Source of the DNA: a virus
Lineage: Duplodnaviria > Caudoviricetes
Strand: one strand, 5' to 3'
Length of the DNA: 64,000 nt
Virus record (IMG/VR): IMGVR_UViG_3300028887_000090
Span: 37,852-101,851 of that record
Shown: one piece after another, positions 47,256-58,278 of the stretch
Position numbering within the stretch: position 1 is the first letter of the stretch
Layout: the number at the start of each line of letters is the position of its first letter
Program-made: the position numbers and the translations under genes
Notes under the pieces: generated by a model
Seen by the model: the letters and a program-made list of their open reading frames with translations, nothing else
Told to the model about the DNA's origin: nothing
The model's database searches: none

Positions 47256-48347
47256 ATGTTAATATCTACCACCGAAGAGCTCCGTCTCTATTCTCCGGCA
47301 AATGCTATTGATCACATCGAGTCCATTATGGGTTTTCTCGATAGTAGCGAACAGGACTTCCTTTTAGAGAAGTTGGGTCAGCCACTCTACGACTCCATCG
47401 TGGAGTATTACCAGACTCTTCGCAGTGGCGAGGATGGTATCTCTGAGTTCATTAAGCAAGTGACCGACGGCGCTACACTTCCACCCTACGCCCGTCTGCT
47501 GACTGTTGCCCAGCGTGTCGTCACTTTTGATGCTTTGGGCCGAAGCGTAAATATCCAGGCTGTCAGCGTTAATGGATCTGGCGTGAATATGGCTACTGCT
47601 GATGACTATGGCAAGGCCGACCGCGATGCCGTGCGCGACTATAAAACCACTTGCATCACGGAGGCCCATGCTGCCGTTAATCGTTTGTTGGTGCTCCTGG
47701 AACAGTGGACGAAGGATGTTGCTGCCATGCCAGACCCGTCACCCGATCCGTTGCCTGATGATGCCGACTCACCCGAAGCCGTTGCAGCTACCGAGAAGAG
47801 AGAGATAGCCGAGAAATGGAAGGAGAGTCGTTTCTTCTATCTCGCAGCCGGTCTCGCCATTCCATCTGCCACCGTGCTTCAGGAATATCTCGATATCTAC
47901 GACTCACGCGAGAAGTTCATTCAGATGCTCCCTGACCTCCGCACCATTCAGGAGGATGTCTTAGGACCCATCTTTGGTGAGGACTTCATCGACTATCTCA
48001 TAGAGGTGGCTACTAAGGGCACCGATGATAAATTGATGAATCGATTAATTCATAAATTGCGCAAATGTGTGGCCCGTCACCTCGAAGAGCGTACCAAGGT
48101 TATCAAGGTCGATGATGCCCGTCGCACGGCTGCCCACAACGAGGCTGTGCGCTGTGTGACCGACCTCTCAGAGTATCTTCAGACGCACCAGCCCGACCTC
48201 GACGAAAAGGCCCTGGAAGCCTTCAAAGATTCTCCTCTCTACGTGGCTCCCGCTACTCCCGAAGCGTCAGCAGGCGATGACTACGAACCTGAGTTCCAAA
48301 ACAACGCCGAAGGTTCCGTGATGTTCGTCACCCCTGCATTGTCTTAA
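47256..48347 (+). CDS. Probable head-tail adaptor-like structural protein
   Basis: Internally duplicated helical unit (EQDFLLEKLGQPLY / QEDVLGPIFGEDFI) like Bacteroidota phage DUF6712-type proteins. Confidence 0.5.
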   Translation: MLISTTEELRLYSPANAIDHIESIMGFLDSSEQDFLLEKLGQPLYDSIVEYYQTLRSGEDGISEFIKQVTDGATLPPYARLLTVAQRVVTFDALGRSVNIQAVSVNGSGVNMATADDYGKADRDAVRDYKTTCITEAHAAVNRLLVLLEQWTKDVAAMPDPSPDPLPDDADSPEAVAATEKREIAEKWKESRFFYLAAGLAIPSATVLQEYLDIYDSREKFIQMLPDLRTIQEDVLGPIFGEDFIDYLIEVATKGTDDKLMNRLIHKLRKCVARHLEERTKVIKVDDARRTAAHNEAVRCVTDLSEYLQTHQPDLDEKALEAFKDSPLYVAPATPEASAGDDYEPEFQNNAEGSVMFVTPALS

Positions 48348-48383
48348 TTTTCAATTTTCAATTTTCAATTATCAATTTGAAAA

Positions 48384-50888
48384 ATGACCCAAGCCCAGCC
48401 CACTAACTATTGGGTGTCGCCCAGCGCCCTTTTCATCCAGCTCAACGCTGCCGGTGATCGTAACTACATCCATGCCAACTGCGCCAGCGGTTCCATGGTG
48501 ATGTGCTACATGAAGGGTATCACTGGCTTGGAGTATGATAATGCCCACAACTACCGCCGTTGGCCGCTCATTGCCTCGCCGACGGTGTTCCACGATAACA
48601 ATAAGCGCTGGGTCTATATCGCCATTCCTAAGAGCACGGCTGCCGATGCTCAGGCTCAGGTGGTATTCTCGCCACAGGAAATCGACCTTTACGGACAGAA
48701 CGAAGAAGGTACACAGGTAGGCCCCACTGATTTCTATTACATCTATACGCAGGGTATTATCTCTGCTTCATCAGATGGTGGTGTACTCAGAGACCGCACA
48801 TGGGAACAGCAGTTCAACAATGGTTCGCTGGCTTCTGACGAAGCCATTGCATCCGGAGGTGAAGGCACCTGGTGGGAGTACAACGCCACCACCAATATGG
48901 TGAAGTTCCTCAAAACAATCTCCGAGGCTGTCTTTGAGAAACTGACCGCATCGTGGGCCTCTATTACTACTCTCGTACTTGGTGGTAAGACGCTGAAGTT
49001 CGTGGCAGGCGATGACACCGCTGAGGATGCCGAGGATAGCGTGGTTACGCCGAAGTGGTTGGGCCAGCGTTACCTCTCGCGTACTCACGATGATACCGCT
49101 CAGGGTGCCATTACCATTCTGAAGGCCGTTACCGTCGGCAACTTCGAGAAAGATATCCAGGTGGGCATCGGTTCGCGTGATGGTGCCCGCATCCTGCCCG
49201 ATGGTACCATTATCGCCCGTTCGCTCGAACTGTCGCAGTCGCTATCTGTCCCCACCATCAAGTATAACCAGATTGAAGTGCTCTCTGGTACCCGTTGGGA
49301 CTCTGCCGGTAAGGGCCGTGTGAAGGAGATTATCGATGTCAATCAGGCCAACCACACCTGCCAGTTCGTGCTCGACTTGAACGATGGCGAACCTGGTGAG
49401 TTTATCATTGGCGATATCCTGCGTGGTTTCTGGTCGAATATGGACGGCTCGAAGAATGCCACAGCCAACAGCGACGACCATCACGGTAACATCCAGCGTG
49501 CGGGCTTCATGTCTATCTACTGCCGTGTGCAGGCCGTAGGCGACGTGGTGGAGCGCGTCATCGATGATACAACCTATTACATCGCTAAGGATGCCCGCTA
49601 CTCTCCTATGGAGGGTGATAAGATCTATCAGAACGGTCTCGTTACCGTTGTAATGCGTAAGTTCGACACCGAGGAAGGCGAACCTGAAGTATGGTCGCCC
49701 GCACCCGAACAGTGGAGCGTGCTCAGTGTCTCTGGCTCGTTCGACAACAATCATCCGGAGCGTCAGGCATTCTTCGTCTATACCACTACTTACATGGCCC
49801 GCTTCCAAGGTGTCAACACTTGGGAATGGGAGGATCATTGCTTTATGGGAGGTTGGGGCGACCTCACCGGCTTCACCATGCTTGTGACCGACGATGAAGG
49901 TCAGACCATCCACCGCAAGGAGTTCAATGGTGAGTCGTTTGTTACCAAGGATGCTTATATCTATGGTGTCATCGAACAACTCACCCGTTTCTCTGATAAG
50001 GTGGAAATCGTACTGTCTAATCCTGATGGTACCATTGCCTCCGACGAACAGATACGTGCCGACTTCGTGCTGAAGGATGTCAGTGGTCAGGTCATTCAGT
50101 CTGGCTATCAGATGACCATCACCCGTCAGTCTGGTAACTCTGCTGCCGATGCCGCATGGGACGCTGCCATTGCCCAGCAATATCCCGATGGTATTCCGTC
50201 GGCGCTCTACTTCCGTTACTCCGATGTGCCTGAGCTGGGTGCCGTATTCGTGGTGGCTGCCTCGCGCACCATCCATACCGAGGATGGCGACCAGGTATAT
50301 ACCACCTCTGCCTCGTTCCTGTTGACCCGTGCAGTCATCCATGAGGTATTCATGGGCGAATGGGATCCGACGGTCACGTACACCCGCACCTCTCGCGCCT
50401 ATCCTACGATTACTTATGGTGGTTGCAAGTGGTATCTCAATGCCAATTCCAGTACTAACGATGAACCTTACCCTGGATCATCTGTCTGGAAGATGCTCTA
50501 TGGTGTGGCCGATCTCACCATCCGTTTTTACGATGCCAACGCCCAACTCATCACCACCTCCGCACAGATACCAGGACAGGTTGACCTCTATCTCGATCCG
50601 CGTCTGTTCTGTGGTAACTTCGACATCACTTCGCAACTCACAGACTCAGATTGGGCGTGGGAGCGTTATACCGGCAACTATGGCGAAGATACCGATACTC
50701 GCACACCTGCCGACAAACAGAGTGACCAGGGATGGCGCAATGCCCACTGGCCTGAGCAGCCTATGACGCGAACCATCCGCATCCGTAATGCCGACATGCC
50801 TCCTACCTGGCCTATGTGCGCCAAGGTGAACTTCATCGTCACCGCCACCTACGACGGCTTGGAGATTCCGAACATCGTGAGCTTCTAA
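48384..50888 (+). CDS. Tail protein
   Basis: 834 aa; YLSRTHDDTAQG, SLSVPTIKYNQI, GDILRG motifs seen in Bacteroidota phage tail proteins. Confidence 0.65.
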   Translation: MTQAQPTNYWVSPSALFIQLNAAGDRNYIHANCASGSMVMCYMKGITGLEYDNAHNYRRWPLIASPTVFHDNNKRWVYIAIPKSTAADAQAQVVFSPQEIDLYGQNEEGTQVGPTDFYYIYTQGIISASSDGGVLRDRTWEQQFNNGSLASDEAIASGGEGTWWEYNATTNMVKFLKTISEAVFEKLTASWASITTLVLGGKTLKFVAGDDTAEDAEDSVVTPKWLGQRYLSRTHDDTAQGAITILKAVTVGNFEKDIQVGIGSRDGARILPDGTIIARSLELSQSLSVPTIKYNQIEVLSGTRWDSAGKGRVKEIIDVNQANHTCQFVLDLNDGEPGEFIIGDILRGFWSNMDGSKNATANSDDHHGNIQRAGFMSIYCRVQAVGDVVERVIDDTTYYIAKDARYSPMEGDKIYQNGLVTVVMRKFDTEEGEPEVWSPAPEQWSVLSVSGSFDNNHPERQAFFVYTTTYMARFQGVNTWEWEDHCFMGGWGDLTGFTMLVTDDEGQTIHRKEFNGESFVTKDAYIYGVIEQLTRFSDKVEIVLSNPDGTIASDEQIRADFVLKDVSGQVIQSGYQMTITRQSGNSAADAAWDAAIAQQYPDGIPSALYFRYSDVPELGAVFVVAASRTIHTEDGDQVYTTSASFLLTRAVIHEVFMGEWDPTVTYTRTSRAYPTITYGGCKWYLNANSSTNDEPYPGSSVWKMLYGVADLTIRFYDANAQLITTSAQIPGQVDLYLDPRLFCGNFDITSQLTDSDWAWERYTGNYGEDTDTRTPADKQSDQGWRNAHWPEQPMTRTIRIRNADMPPTWPMCAKVNFIVTATYDGLEIPNIVSF

Positions 50889-50925
50889 TTTTCAATTTTC
50901 AATTCTCAATTTTCAATTAGACAAA

Positions 50926-51588
50926 ATGGATAAGCAATATTTCATTCGATTTCAAGAATTGTGTATAGATATCCTCTCGCAGAGCGATAACTGTCAGGAG
51001 TCGCAGAACATGTTCCGCGAGGCTAAGTCAGTCCCCGAACTGGTGGCTGCCTGGCAACGCTTCTGGGCTGGTGTGCTCCATGAGGTGCCTGAGCAGGTCA
51101 TCACGGCCTTTTCGAAACTATATCCCGTCTATCGCTCCGATATTATCCGTGCCGGTGTCTATTACAACGAGTCGCCCGTTACCAATTCCGGTGGTATGGT
51201 ACTCGTGGGCGATAAGCCCGAAGGCGTGGCCATCAATCCGGTGGTTATCACGGGCCGTCATCGTGTCTATGTCCTCGGCGATATGCCCGTGACCGTCGAT
51301 GACAACTGTTCCGTACATGTCGCTGCCGACCGTGCTGATGTTATTGTCAAAGGCCATGCCCGTGCCGTCATCGAACAGGGTAAGCTCACCGCCCGCGACT
51401 TTGCCTTTGTCTCTGGTAAGGGCAACATCACCTGCTATGATGCTGCTACCCTCTACGTCAATGGTGGCCGTCTCGATGACCATGGCCACATGGAGATTGT
51501 CGCTTCCGGCGATGCTATGGTCTATTCCTTCACCAACCGTCGCATCACCGTGCAAGCCAATGCTAAGTTGTACTATAAACAGCAGTAA
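50926..51588 (+). CDS. Hypothetical protein with a short beta-helix-like repeat region
   Basis: 220-aa ORF in the tail operon. Confidence 0.65.
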   Translation: MDKQYFIRFQELCIDILSQSDNCQESQNMFREAKSVPELVAAWQRFWAGVLHEVPEQVITAFSKLYPVYRSDIIRAGVYYNESPVTNSGGMVLVGDKPEGVAINPVVITGRHRVYVLGDMPVTVDDNCSVHVAADRADVIVKGHARAVIEQGKLTARDFAFVSGKGNITCYDAATLYVNGGRLDDHGHMEIVASGDAMVYSFTNRRITVQANAKLYYKQQ

Positions 51589-51590
51589 GT

Positions 51591-54233
51591 ATGAATAGCC
51601 ACATTGCCATTACCGCCCTGAAGGATGGAAAGCAGCGCCCGCTGAACCTCCCCGACGATTTCTCGATAGATATCGACGACCAGAATCCGTTGTTTAACGA
51701 CAACGAAATGTTTTCTTACCCCTGTCGGATGCCGATGGAGGGCAATCGTTTCCTGTTGGGTAATATCGACGACCCTACGAATATCGACCGTCCCGTTAAT
51801 CTGGAGCATACGAAGATGCGTATCGTCGTGGATAACCAACCCTTCCGTTCTGGTACGCTCGTGACCTCTGAGGATGAAGAGATTGACAACGCTCTTACGA
51901 TGAATATCTCTGCCTCTGAGCACTCCATGCAGGATCTCATCGGTCAGCTAAACTGCCGCGACATCCCTGTAAAGGATAAGATACTCATCGGCGAGAAGAT
52001 TGGTAATGTGAAGTGTTCGGTCAACTATGACTTCAACATCAAAATCACCTACGATGGTAAAAAACCGGACGAAGATCATTCCATCACCTCTAACCGCACC
52101 AGCGAGGCTGAATTTACGCCACAGGCACTCGGTTTTTCGTTCCCTGGACGCTGTGAGACTACTAATAGCAAAGAGAAAGCTGCCCTGAAGGAAGAGGTGT
52201 CGTATGGTAACGGCAACGTGGTTAAGAAGCCGCGTGTGGCTCAGTCGTATATCAATGTGTCAGAACCATATCCCAATGCGAAGTATTGTAATGCCCGTGT
52301 AGCCTATACGCACCATGGTATCGATGATGATGGTAAAACCACTACCACCGTATCGCCCAAGGCACAGAAGTTAGGCCCAAACGACCACTGGCCCTATTGG
52401 GTACTGGAGGCCGACCGTCAGCAATCTGGCATCTGCTTCTACGTGCTCTATTTCCTCGACTGTCTTTTTGACTACCTCGGTGTTTCGTGGGATAACTCCG
52501 AACTGCTGAAGATTGAGGACATGCGCCACCTGTGTTTCTTCACCACCCATTGTAAGTACGATGAAGAGAAGAAATACCCCGACATCGATAGTTTCTTCAC
52601 CACCAAGCAGCAGATCAATGAATGGCTCGACTCTCGTGGTTGTGGTGGTCAGTTTGAGATATCTGACGTGAAGGGTAAGCAGCTCGACGATTGCGATTAC
52701 CATTACTACGACCCTTGGAGACAACAGACGTATGACGGTCATGCTTCTGTCGGTCAGAATGGTGTCACTTCTATCACCGTAGAAGGAACCAAGACAGGTG
52801 AGACCATGAAGGCCGATATCATGCTGATGTATGCCAACAGCGACAATTTCCCTGACGAATCGGTACAGACGGTGCTCGACTCGCTCTGGGCTTCTTTCGG
52901 CATCCGTTTCCACTACGACTACGAGAAGCGCCATGTTACGGCTTACTTCGTTCGTGATGTATTCCGTTCCAACGAGGCACCCATTGACTTCCCAGGTAAG
53001 GTCATCAGCATGCACAAGGTGGCCGAGAAGATTACGGGTGTCCGTATGAAGTACTCGGCTGAATCAGATGCCAAGGAACAGCGTGCCAACGTGAAGAATG
53101 GTGTAAAGGATTACGATACGGACTATGACTATATCGACTATCCTCAGAAATCAACAGACACCTCTAAGACCTACGAGCAGATCTTCCGTGCGCCGAAAGC
53201 GTATGGTGGCGACCGCGATAAGACGTGTTACATCGACCTCACCACTGGCAATGCCTATCGTATCAAGGTGAATGGCGATGCTACCAGCAGCAGCGATTGG
53301 AAACCGGCACTCTTCGAGGTTGGCCAGTATAAGGGTGTGGAAATGGGTGATTGCTCTGAGCTTAACGATGACTTTGTAGAGGAATACGTCAGCGATTTCC
53401 AGCCTGTCACTTTCAACGATGTCAACTATCAGGTGGAGATCGAGCAGGCCAGTGGTACGCATACCGATTCCAGCGGCAATACTGTGACGCTCAATCAGCA
53501 GCAGAAGCAGCAGCCCATCCTCGCGGCCTTCATCGATGAAGATATGGAACATGAGTTTATCGAGCAGAAGATACGCCAGTCCATCGGCTCTGAGTTCGTG
53601 GAGTGCTATGCCGACGAAATACTGAAACTGATAGAGAACTACGATCCAAGCGATACCGAGGACGGTAACTCTCCGCTGCAAGAAATGGATTGGGGACTGG
53701 CTATCGCCCTCATGCGTGGTGGTGGTACCAACGCTACCCTTCAGACCTACGATTTTAACTACGACGGTTTCGGTTGCAATTCCAAGTGGCGTACTGTCGC
53801 CGGTCTCTATGCCCTCGCTTCCGACTCGCTCGATATGTGGGGTAATGAGTTCGACTATAACGGCACACACGAAGGTATTGGCGATGGCGAACGTTTCAGT
53901 CTGAAGATCCGTTCGTGGAAACAGCCTGAGTGGGCCAATGCACCGCTCATCAATCCGGATGTGGTCAATCCTACTACGGGAAAGATAGAGAAGAAAATCA
54001 AGTCGCGTGGTCTCTGCGATACCTTCATGTCCGAACTGATGAACTTCGTTCTGAAGCGTCGTAAGTACCGCATCCGCATTGAGTGCTCTGCCGCTCAGGT
54101 GGCCGACGTACCAAACCATTGGACGCGCCGTTTCCGCATCAACGGCCTCGTGGGTTTCATCAATAAACTATCCTATAACGTCTCTGCCAAAGATGGTCTC
54201 AACAACCTCGAAGTAGAGTTCTATGTCTTATAG
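51591..54233 (+). CDS. Probable tail hub/baseplate protein
   Basis: 880 aa; N-terminal LPDDFSIDIDDQNPLF...FSYP; C-terminal RINGLVGFINKLSY. Confidence 0.6.
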   Translation: MNSHIAITALKDGKQRPLNLPDDFSIDIDDQNPLFNDNEMFSYPCRMPMEGNRFLLGNIDDPTNIDRPVNLEHTKMRIVVDNQPFRSGTLVTSEDEEIDNALTMNISASEHSMQDLIGQLNCRDIPVKDKILIGEKIGNVKCSVNYDFNIKITYDGKKPDEDHSITSNRTSEAEFTPQALGFSFPGRCETTNSKEKAALKEEVSYGNGNVVKKPRVAQSYINVSEPYPNAKYCNARVAYTHHGIDDDGKTTTTVSPKAQKLGPNDHWPYWVLEADRQQSGICFYVLYFLDCLFDYLGVSWDNSELLKIEDMRHLCFFTTHCKYDEEKKYPDIDSFFTTKQQINEWLDSRGCGGQFEISDVKGKQLDDCDYHYYDPWRQQTYDGHASVGQNGVTSITVEGTKTGETMKADIMLMYANSDNFPDESVQTVLDSLWASFGIRFHYDYEKRHVTAYFVRDVFRSNEAPIDFPGKVISMHKVAEKITGVRMKYSAESDAKEQRANVKNGVKDYDTDYDYIDYPQKSTDTSKTYEQIFRAPKAYGGDRDKTCYIDLTTGNAYRIKVNGDATSSSDWKPALFEVGQYKGVEMGDCSELNDDFVEEYVSDFQPVTFNDVNYQVEIEQASGTHTDSSGNTVTLNQQQKQQPILAAFIDEDMEHEFIEQKIRQSIGSEFVECYADEILKLIENYDPSDTEDGNSPLQEMDWGLAIALMRGGGTNATLQTYDFNYDGFGCNSKWRTVAGLYALASDSLDMWGNEFDYNGTHEGIGDGERFSLKIRSWKQPEWANAPLINPDVVNPTTGKIEKKIKSRGLCDTFMSELMNFVLKRRKYRIRIECSAAQVADVPNHWTRRFRINGLVGFINKLSYNVSAKDGLNNLEVEFYVL

Positions 54234-54236
54234 TCT

Positions 54237-55304
54237 ATGAATATCAATCTCTCCCTCCCTACCAGTTGGAACCGCTGCACGCTCCCCCAACTCCGTGCCA
54301 TTTCCGAAGTCTTACAGGACTGTGCCATGCGCTCCGATAAGTATCACCCCTTCGACATGCTGGAGGTGAAGGTGGGCGTGTTCTTTGCTCTCACCAACCT
54401 CGAAATCGTGCAAGGTCTCAATCCCGTTGCTGCCGTCGAAGATCAGTACTACACCGTCCGCATCCGTACCCCAAAATTTTCAATTTTCAATTATCAATTT
54501 TCAACTAAGTCTGAGCCTTTTGCTCTCTACCTATGGCAGATCCATTCCTGGCTCTCGCCGCGAAAGAATCCTGTCAATGGTGCAACCATCCCTGGCATGC
54601 TCGACTGGCTCTCTCCGGAGTCGAAAGATAACCTCCTGCTGTTCCCCTTCGAGCGTATTTCCCGCCGTCGTAGGTATCGCCTTCGCTCTGTTACCTTCGA
54701 AGGCCCGTCACCATTGATGGACGGCTTCACCTGGAAACGTTTTCGTTTTGCTCAGGACTACATGGAAATGTATTCTAACCAGTCCAATCACCTCTTGCAG
54801 ATGCAGCAGATGGGCAAAAAGGTACTCCCTCGCGACCTCCTGAAGGCATACAAGGCCGTGGATCTCGCCAAGGCGATGTTTCTCGCTACCATTTTCTGCC
54901 GTAAGATTGCCTTCGTCGATGAGACCACCGGTAAGACCAAGCGCGATTTCCGCTACCAGTCCAACCAGCATAGCGACAATGCACAGTACTTCCGCAACTT
55001 CCCCGACCGCGACTGGCAGATAGTCACGCTTTGGTGGCAGGGCATGATGCACTACCTCGCCAAGACCTACCCGAAGGTGTTTAAGATGCAGCCCGTGGCC
55101 AAGGATAAGAAGAAAAAGCGTGTCAACCCCCTCGAACTTTACACCCGCACGACGGCCACCCTTGAAAAGTATCTCCATGCGACGGCTTCCGACATCGACC
55201 GCGAGCCCTACACCACCATCCTTCAGCAGCTCGAAGATATCACCCGCCGCAACGAAGAGACCGAAAAGCTCAACGCAAAATTGAAGTCCCGCAAAAAGGG
55301 TTAA
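54237..55304 (+). CDS. Hypothetical phage protein
   Basis: INLSLPTSWN start; YLAKTYPKVF. Confidence 0.65.
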   Translation: MNINLSLPTSWNRCTLPQLRAISEVLQDCAMRSDKYHPFDMLEVKVGVFFALTNLEIVQGLNPVAAVEDQYYTVRIRTPKFSIFNYQFSTKSEPFALYLWQIHSWLSPRKNPVNGATIPGMLDWLSPESKDNLLLFPFERISRRRRYRLRSVTFEGPSPLMDGFTWKRFRFAQDYMEMYSNQSNHLLQMQQMGKKVLPRDLLKAYKAVDLAKAMFLATIFCRKIAFVDETTGKTKRDFRYQSNQHSDNAQYFRNFPDRDWQIVTLWWQGMMHYLAKTYPKVFKMQPVAKDKKKKRVNPLELYTRTTATLEKYLHATASDIDREPYTTILQQLEDITRRNEETEKLNAKLKSRKKG

Positions 55305-55340
55305 GTATGTTGCTATGCTATAGCAACCTTCCAAACCACT

Positions 55341-55376
55341 TTGTCACGACCTCAAAATCCCTTTTGACTAACTTTG
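55341..55376 (+). promoter_or_regulatory. Phage promoter TTGTCAC-N21-TAACTTTG
   Basis: Motif copy upstream of the portal gene. Confidence 0.7.
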
Positions 55377-55397
55377 CCAAAAATAAAAGCTGTTATT

Positions 55398-57158
55398 ATG
55401 GCAAAGAAGAATCAAACACCCAAAGTCATCACCCGCGTAAAGGCAGGCGACTTCATCCGTAAGGCTGCCGAACTGCACGGCAAAGGCTATTCTGTCCTGA
55501 TGCCTGGCGACCGTTCGTATTATAATATGGATGGCCCTGGCGACATCACATGGGCCGACTTCATCGGCGCACAACTGCGTGCTGGTACCCAGCAGAACGG
55601 TAAGATGCAGCGCAAGCAGATACCGACGCTCTATTTCAGCAGCGGCAACGAGTCGATGCAAGGTGCTGACGGTAAAGGCACTGAGGGCCTGGGATGGATT
55701 GAGTGGGGTTTTGGCAACAACCTGCCTAACCTCGTGGCACTCCTTACCCACATGCTGCCCTACACGGCTGCCGGTATAAAGTTCAATGCCGACCTCTGCG
55801 CCGGTCTTGGGCCACAGCCGATGTACGACACTACCCAATACGTCGGTGGTAACATCACCCAGAAGTTCATTCGCTATAAAGACGCAGGCCAGTGGCTTCG
55901 CGGTCGTATCATCGACCTCCAGACCCAAATCTTCAATCTCAGTGCTAAGGAAGGCAATTCTCAGGCTTTGAAGAAATCGATTCAGGGCCAGATTGATGAA
56001 TTGGAGAAAGCCTTGCAGGAGTGGCAAAAGACCGACCCGCAGGTACAGGAGTTCTTAGACCGTAACAACCTCGCCCAGACGTGGCTCTCCTTAGTACTCG
56101 ACCAAGAACTATTTGGTATTTCCTTCCCTGAGCTGCTGCTGAATCAGCACCAACTCGACGACGAAGGCAAGGAAGTATCTACGTCGGTTTGGCTTCCCAA
56201 GGTGACGGGTATCGCCCACCGTTCCTGCCATACCACCCGCATGGAGCGTATGGATGACTATGGTAAGATCAACTTCGTGTATTGCTCAAACCGCTGGCTC
56301 GATAAGTACTTCATCGAACAGGGTGCAGAGAATAATGCCCCCGTCAATGCCGTGCCGTCGCTGAATATATCATCGCCATTAAGCGACCTGGAGGATAAGG
56401 TACGCGAGGCCCGTTTGAAGAATGTCTCGTTAGAGAATCGTCCGACACATTTCGTATTGCCTTCTGTCTATCCCACCGCTGGCCGTCCCTATTACCCGAC
56501 TCCAGCCTGGTACTCCATCTTTGGTGGCGATATCTACGAGTATATCACCACGATATTCTCCGACCGCCTCTCGCGCAAGCGTAACAGCAATGTCATCGGG
56601 CGCGTGATCTACCTGAATAACGATTACATGCAACAGTTGTTTATCCAGGCCAAGGCACAGTCTGATGCCAAGAAACAGTCTGAAATCCGCGACAAACTCT
56701 ATACGCAGATCAACCAGTGGCTCGCCAATCGCAACAATGCCGGACAGTCGCTGTTGGCCTTCACCTTCACGGGCAACGACCAGAAGGAACACAAATCGTT
56801 TGAGATTGTGGAGATTGAAGCCAACTCGAAGGATGCTGTAGCAGCCAACGAAAAAGAGACTGCCGAGCTCTCCAGCGTGGTATTCATGGCTCTCGGCCTC
56901 GATGCCCGTCTGCTTGGTTCGTCGCCCCTCTCACTGGTAGGCTCCAATGGTGGTACCGACATCCGCGAACGCTTCCTGCTGCGTCAGATCCTCAAATCGC
57001 CTCAGTTGAATATCATGCTCAAACCTCTCGAAGTGCTCTCCCGTTTCAACCAGTGGGATCGTCACCTCGTTTGGCAGGTGCAGCGCGAGGCGATGACCAC
57101 CCTCGACCGCTCTAAGACCGGTGTCACCACCGATAACCCGAATGAACAAAAGTCGTAA
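55398..57158 (+). CDS. Probable portal protein
   Basis: WGFGNNLPN, GRPYYPTPAWYS, NAGQS, GGTDIRE, TTLD motifs typical of Bacteroidota phage portals. Confidence 0.7.
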   Translation: MAKKNQTPKVITRVKAGDFIRKAAELHGKGYSVLMPGDRSYYNMDGPGDITWADFIGAQLRAGTQQNGKMQRKQIPTLYFSSGNESMQGADGKGTEGLGWIEWGFGNNLPNLVALLTHMLPYTAAGIKFNADLCAGLGPQPMYDTTQYVGGNITQKFIRYKDAGQWLRGRIIDLQTQIFNLSAKEGNSQALKKSIQGQIDELEKALQEWQKTDPQVQEFLDRNNLAQTWLSLVLDQELFGISFPELLLNQHQLDDEGKEVSTSVWLPKVTGIAHRSCHTTRMERMDDYGKINFVYCSNRWLDKYFIEQGAENNAPVNAVPSLNISSPLSDLEDKVREARLKNVSLENRPTHFVLPSVYPTAGRPYYPTPAWYSIFGGDIYEYITTIFSDRLSRKRNSNVIGRVIYLNNDYMQQLFIQAKAQSDAKKQSEIRDKLYTQINQWLANRNNAGQSLLAFTFTGNDQKEHKSFEIVEIEANSKDAVAANEKETAELSSVVFMALGLDARLLGSSPLSLVGSNGGTDIRERFLLRQILKSPQLNIMLKPLEVLSRFNQWDRHLVWQVQREAMTTLDRSKTGVTTDNPNEQKS

Positions 57159-57181
57159 TAACGATATAACGCAATACCGAC

Positions 57182-58219
57182 ATGGCACAAGGTTTACTCA
57201 TACAAGGCGCATCGCCGCTCGTAGGCTCACCCATCACCTATAAGGTGCAGGCCGCTGTCATCAGTGGCGAGTGTGCTTTCCACCGTGTAAAACTCACGGT
57301 GACGTGCTTCCTCGAAGGTGTTGACCTCGCAAGTCAGGCGCTCACGCTCGCTTCACCCGCCGAGAGTGGCGAAATCCTGTACTTCGACATCAGCAGCGCC
57401 CTCCGTGCCGTGGCCGATAAGTATGAGTACACCGTCACGCCTCCTGCCTCCTACCCCCGCATCGGCTACACCCTCTCTGCTTGCGACGAATACATGCAGA
57501 ATGGCGAGGTACACGACAATGTGGGTGTGGTCACGCTCTCTACGACGCAGTATTGCATCATGGGCGCTTACACCGACCTGGAGAGACTTCTCAGCTCTGG
57601 CAGTAAACTCGCCCAGCACTTCTCTCGCAAGCCTTCTACACAACCCGAAGTGGTGATGGTGGGTGAATCTATGGTTTGCCCGCTATCATTCGCTTCACCA
57701 GTCAGCAGCGGCAACGTCACTGTCGGGCCAACCTCACAAGTAGTCAATATAACCACCGCCGGACTCCAGACCGTCAATGGTCGTCAGGTCTATGCCGTGG
57801 CAGCCGGACAGCCCGACCGCTATCAGTTCCGCTTTGTCAACGGCTTGGGCTGTCTCGAAAGCGTCAGTGTGCGCTCCATGCGTGAGACTGAAATGAACGT
57901 TACCCAGGAGCAGTACATCCGCTCCATTCAGGAAACCTTTGGTCAGTTCTCGCGTGGCCTGGTCACTAAGAAGAATGACTATGAGACGTGGAAACTCACC
58001 TCCGGCCCGCTTGATGAAGCGTGGGCTGCGTGGTTCATGCACGAGTTCCTGATGGCAAAGTTCGCCTGGATAATGATTGCCGGTCACTGGATCCCCTGCC
58101 ACATCGTACCCGAAGATACGGTCAAAGGCCCCGACCGCACCAATGCCTCGCTCATCGACATCGAGTTTTCCGTCCGTCTCGACATCAACGGCTCGCCACT
58201 GTCCTCGTTAGCGGTTTAG
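57182..58219 (+). CDS. Probable structural (tail) protein
   Basis: FRFVNGLGCLES and SGPLDEAW motifs. Confidence 0.55.
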   Translation: MAQGLLIQGASPLVGSPITYKVQAAVISGECAFHRVKLTVTCFLEGVDLASQALTLASPAESGEILYFDISSALRAVADKYEYTVTPPASYPRIGYTLSACDEYMQNGEVHDNVGVVTLSTTQYCIMGAYTDLERLLSSGSKLAQHFSRKPSTQPEVVMVGESMVCPLSFASPVSSGNVTVGPTSQVVNITTAGLQTVNGRQVYAVAAGQPDRYQFRFVNGLGCLESVSVRSMRETEMNVTQEQYIRSIQETFGQFSRGLVTKKNDYETWKLTSGPLDEAWAAWFMHEFLMAKFAWIMIAGHWIPCHIVPEDTVKGPDRTNASLIDIEFSVRLDINGSPLSSLAV

Positions 58220-58278
58220 TATGTCGCTGTGCTACAGCGACCCTCAATGAATTAATGATTTAATGAAATAATGAAACA

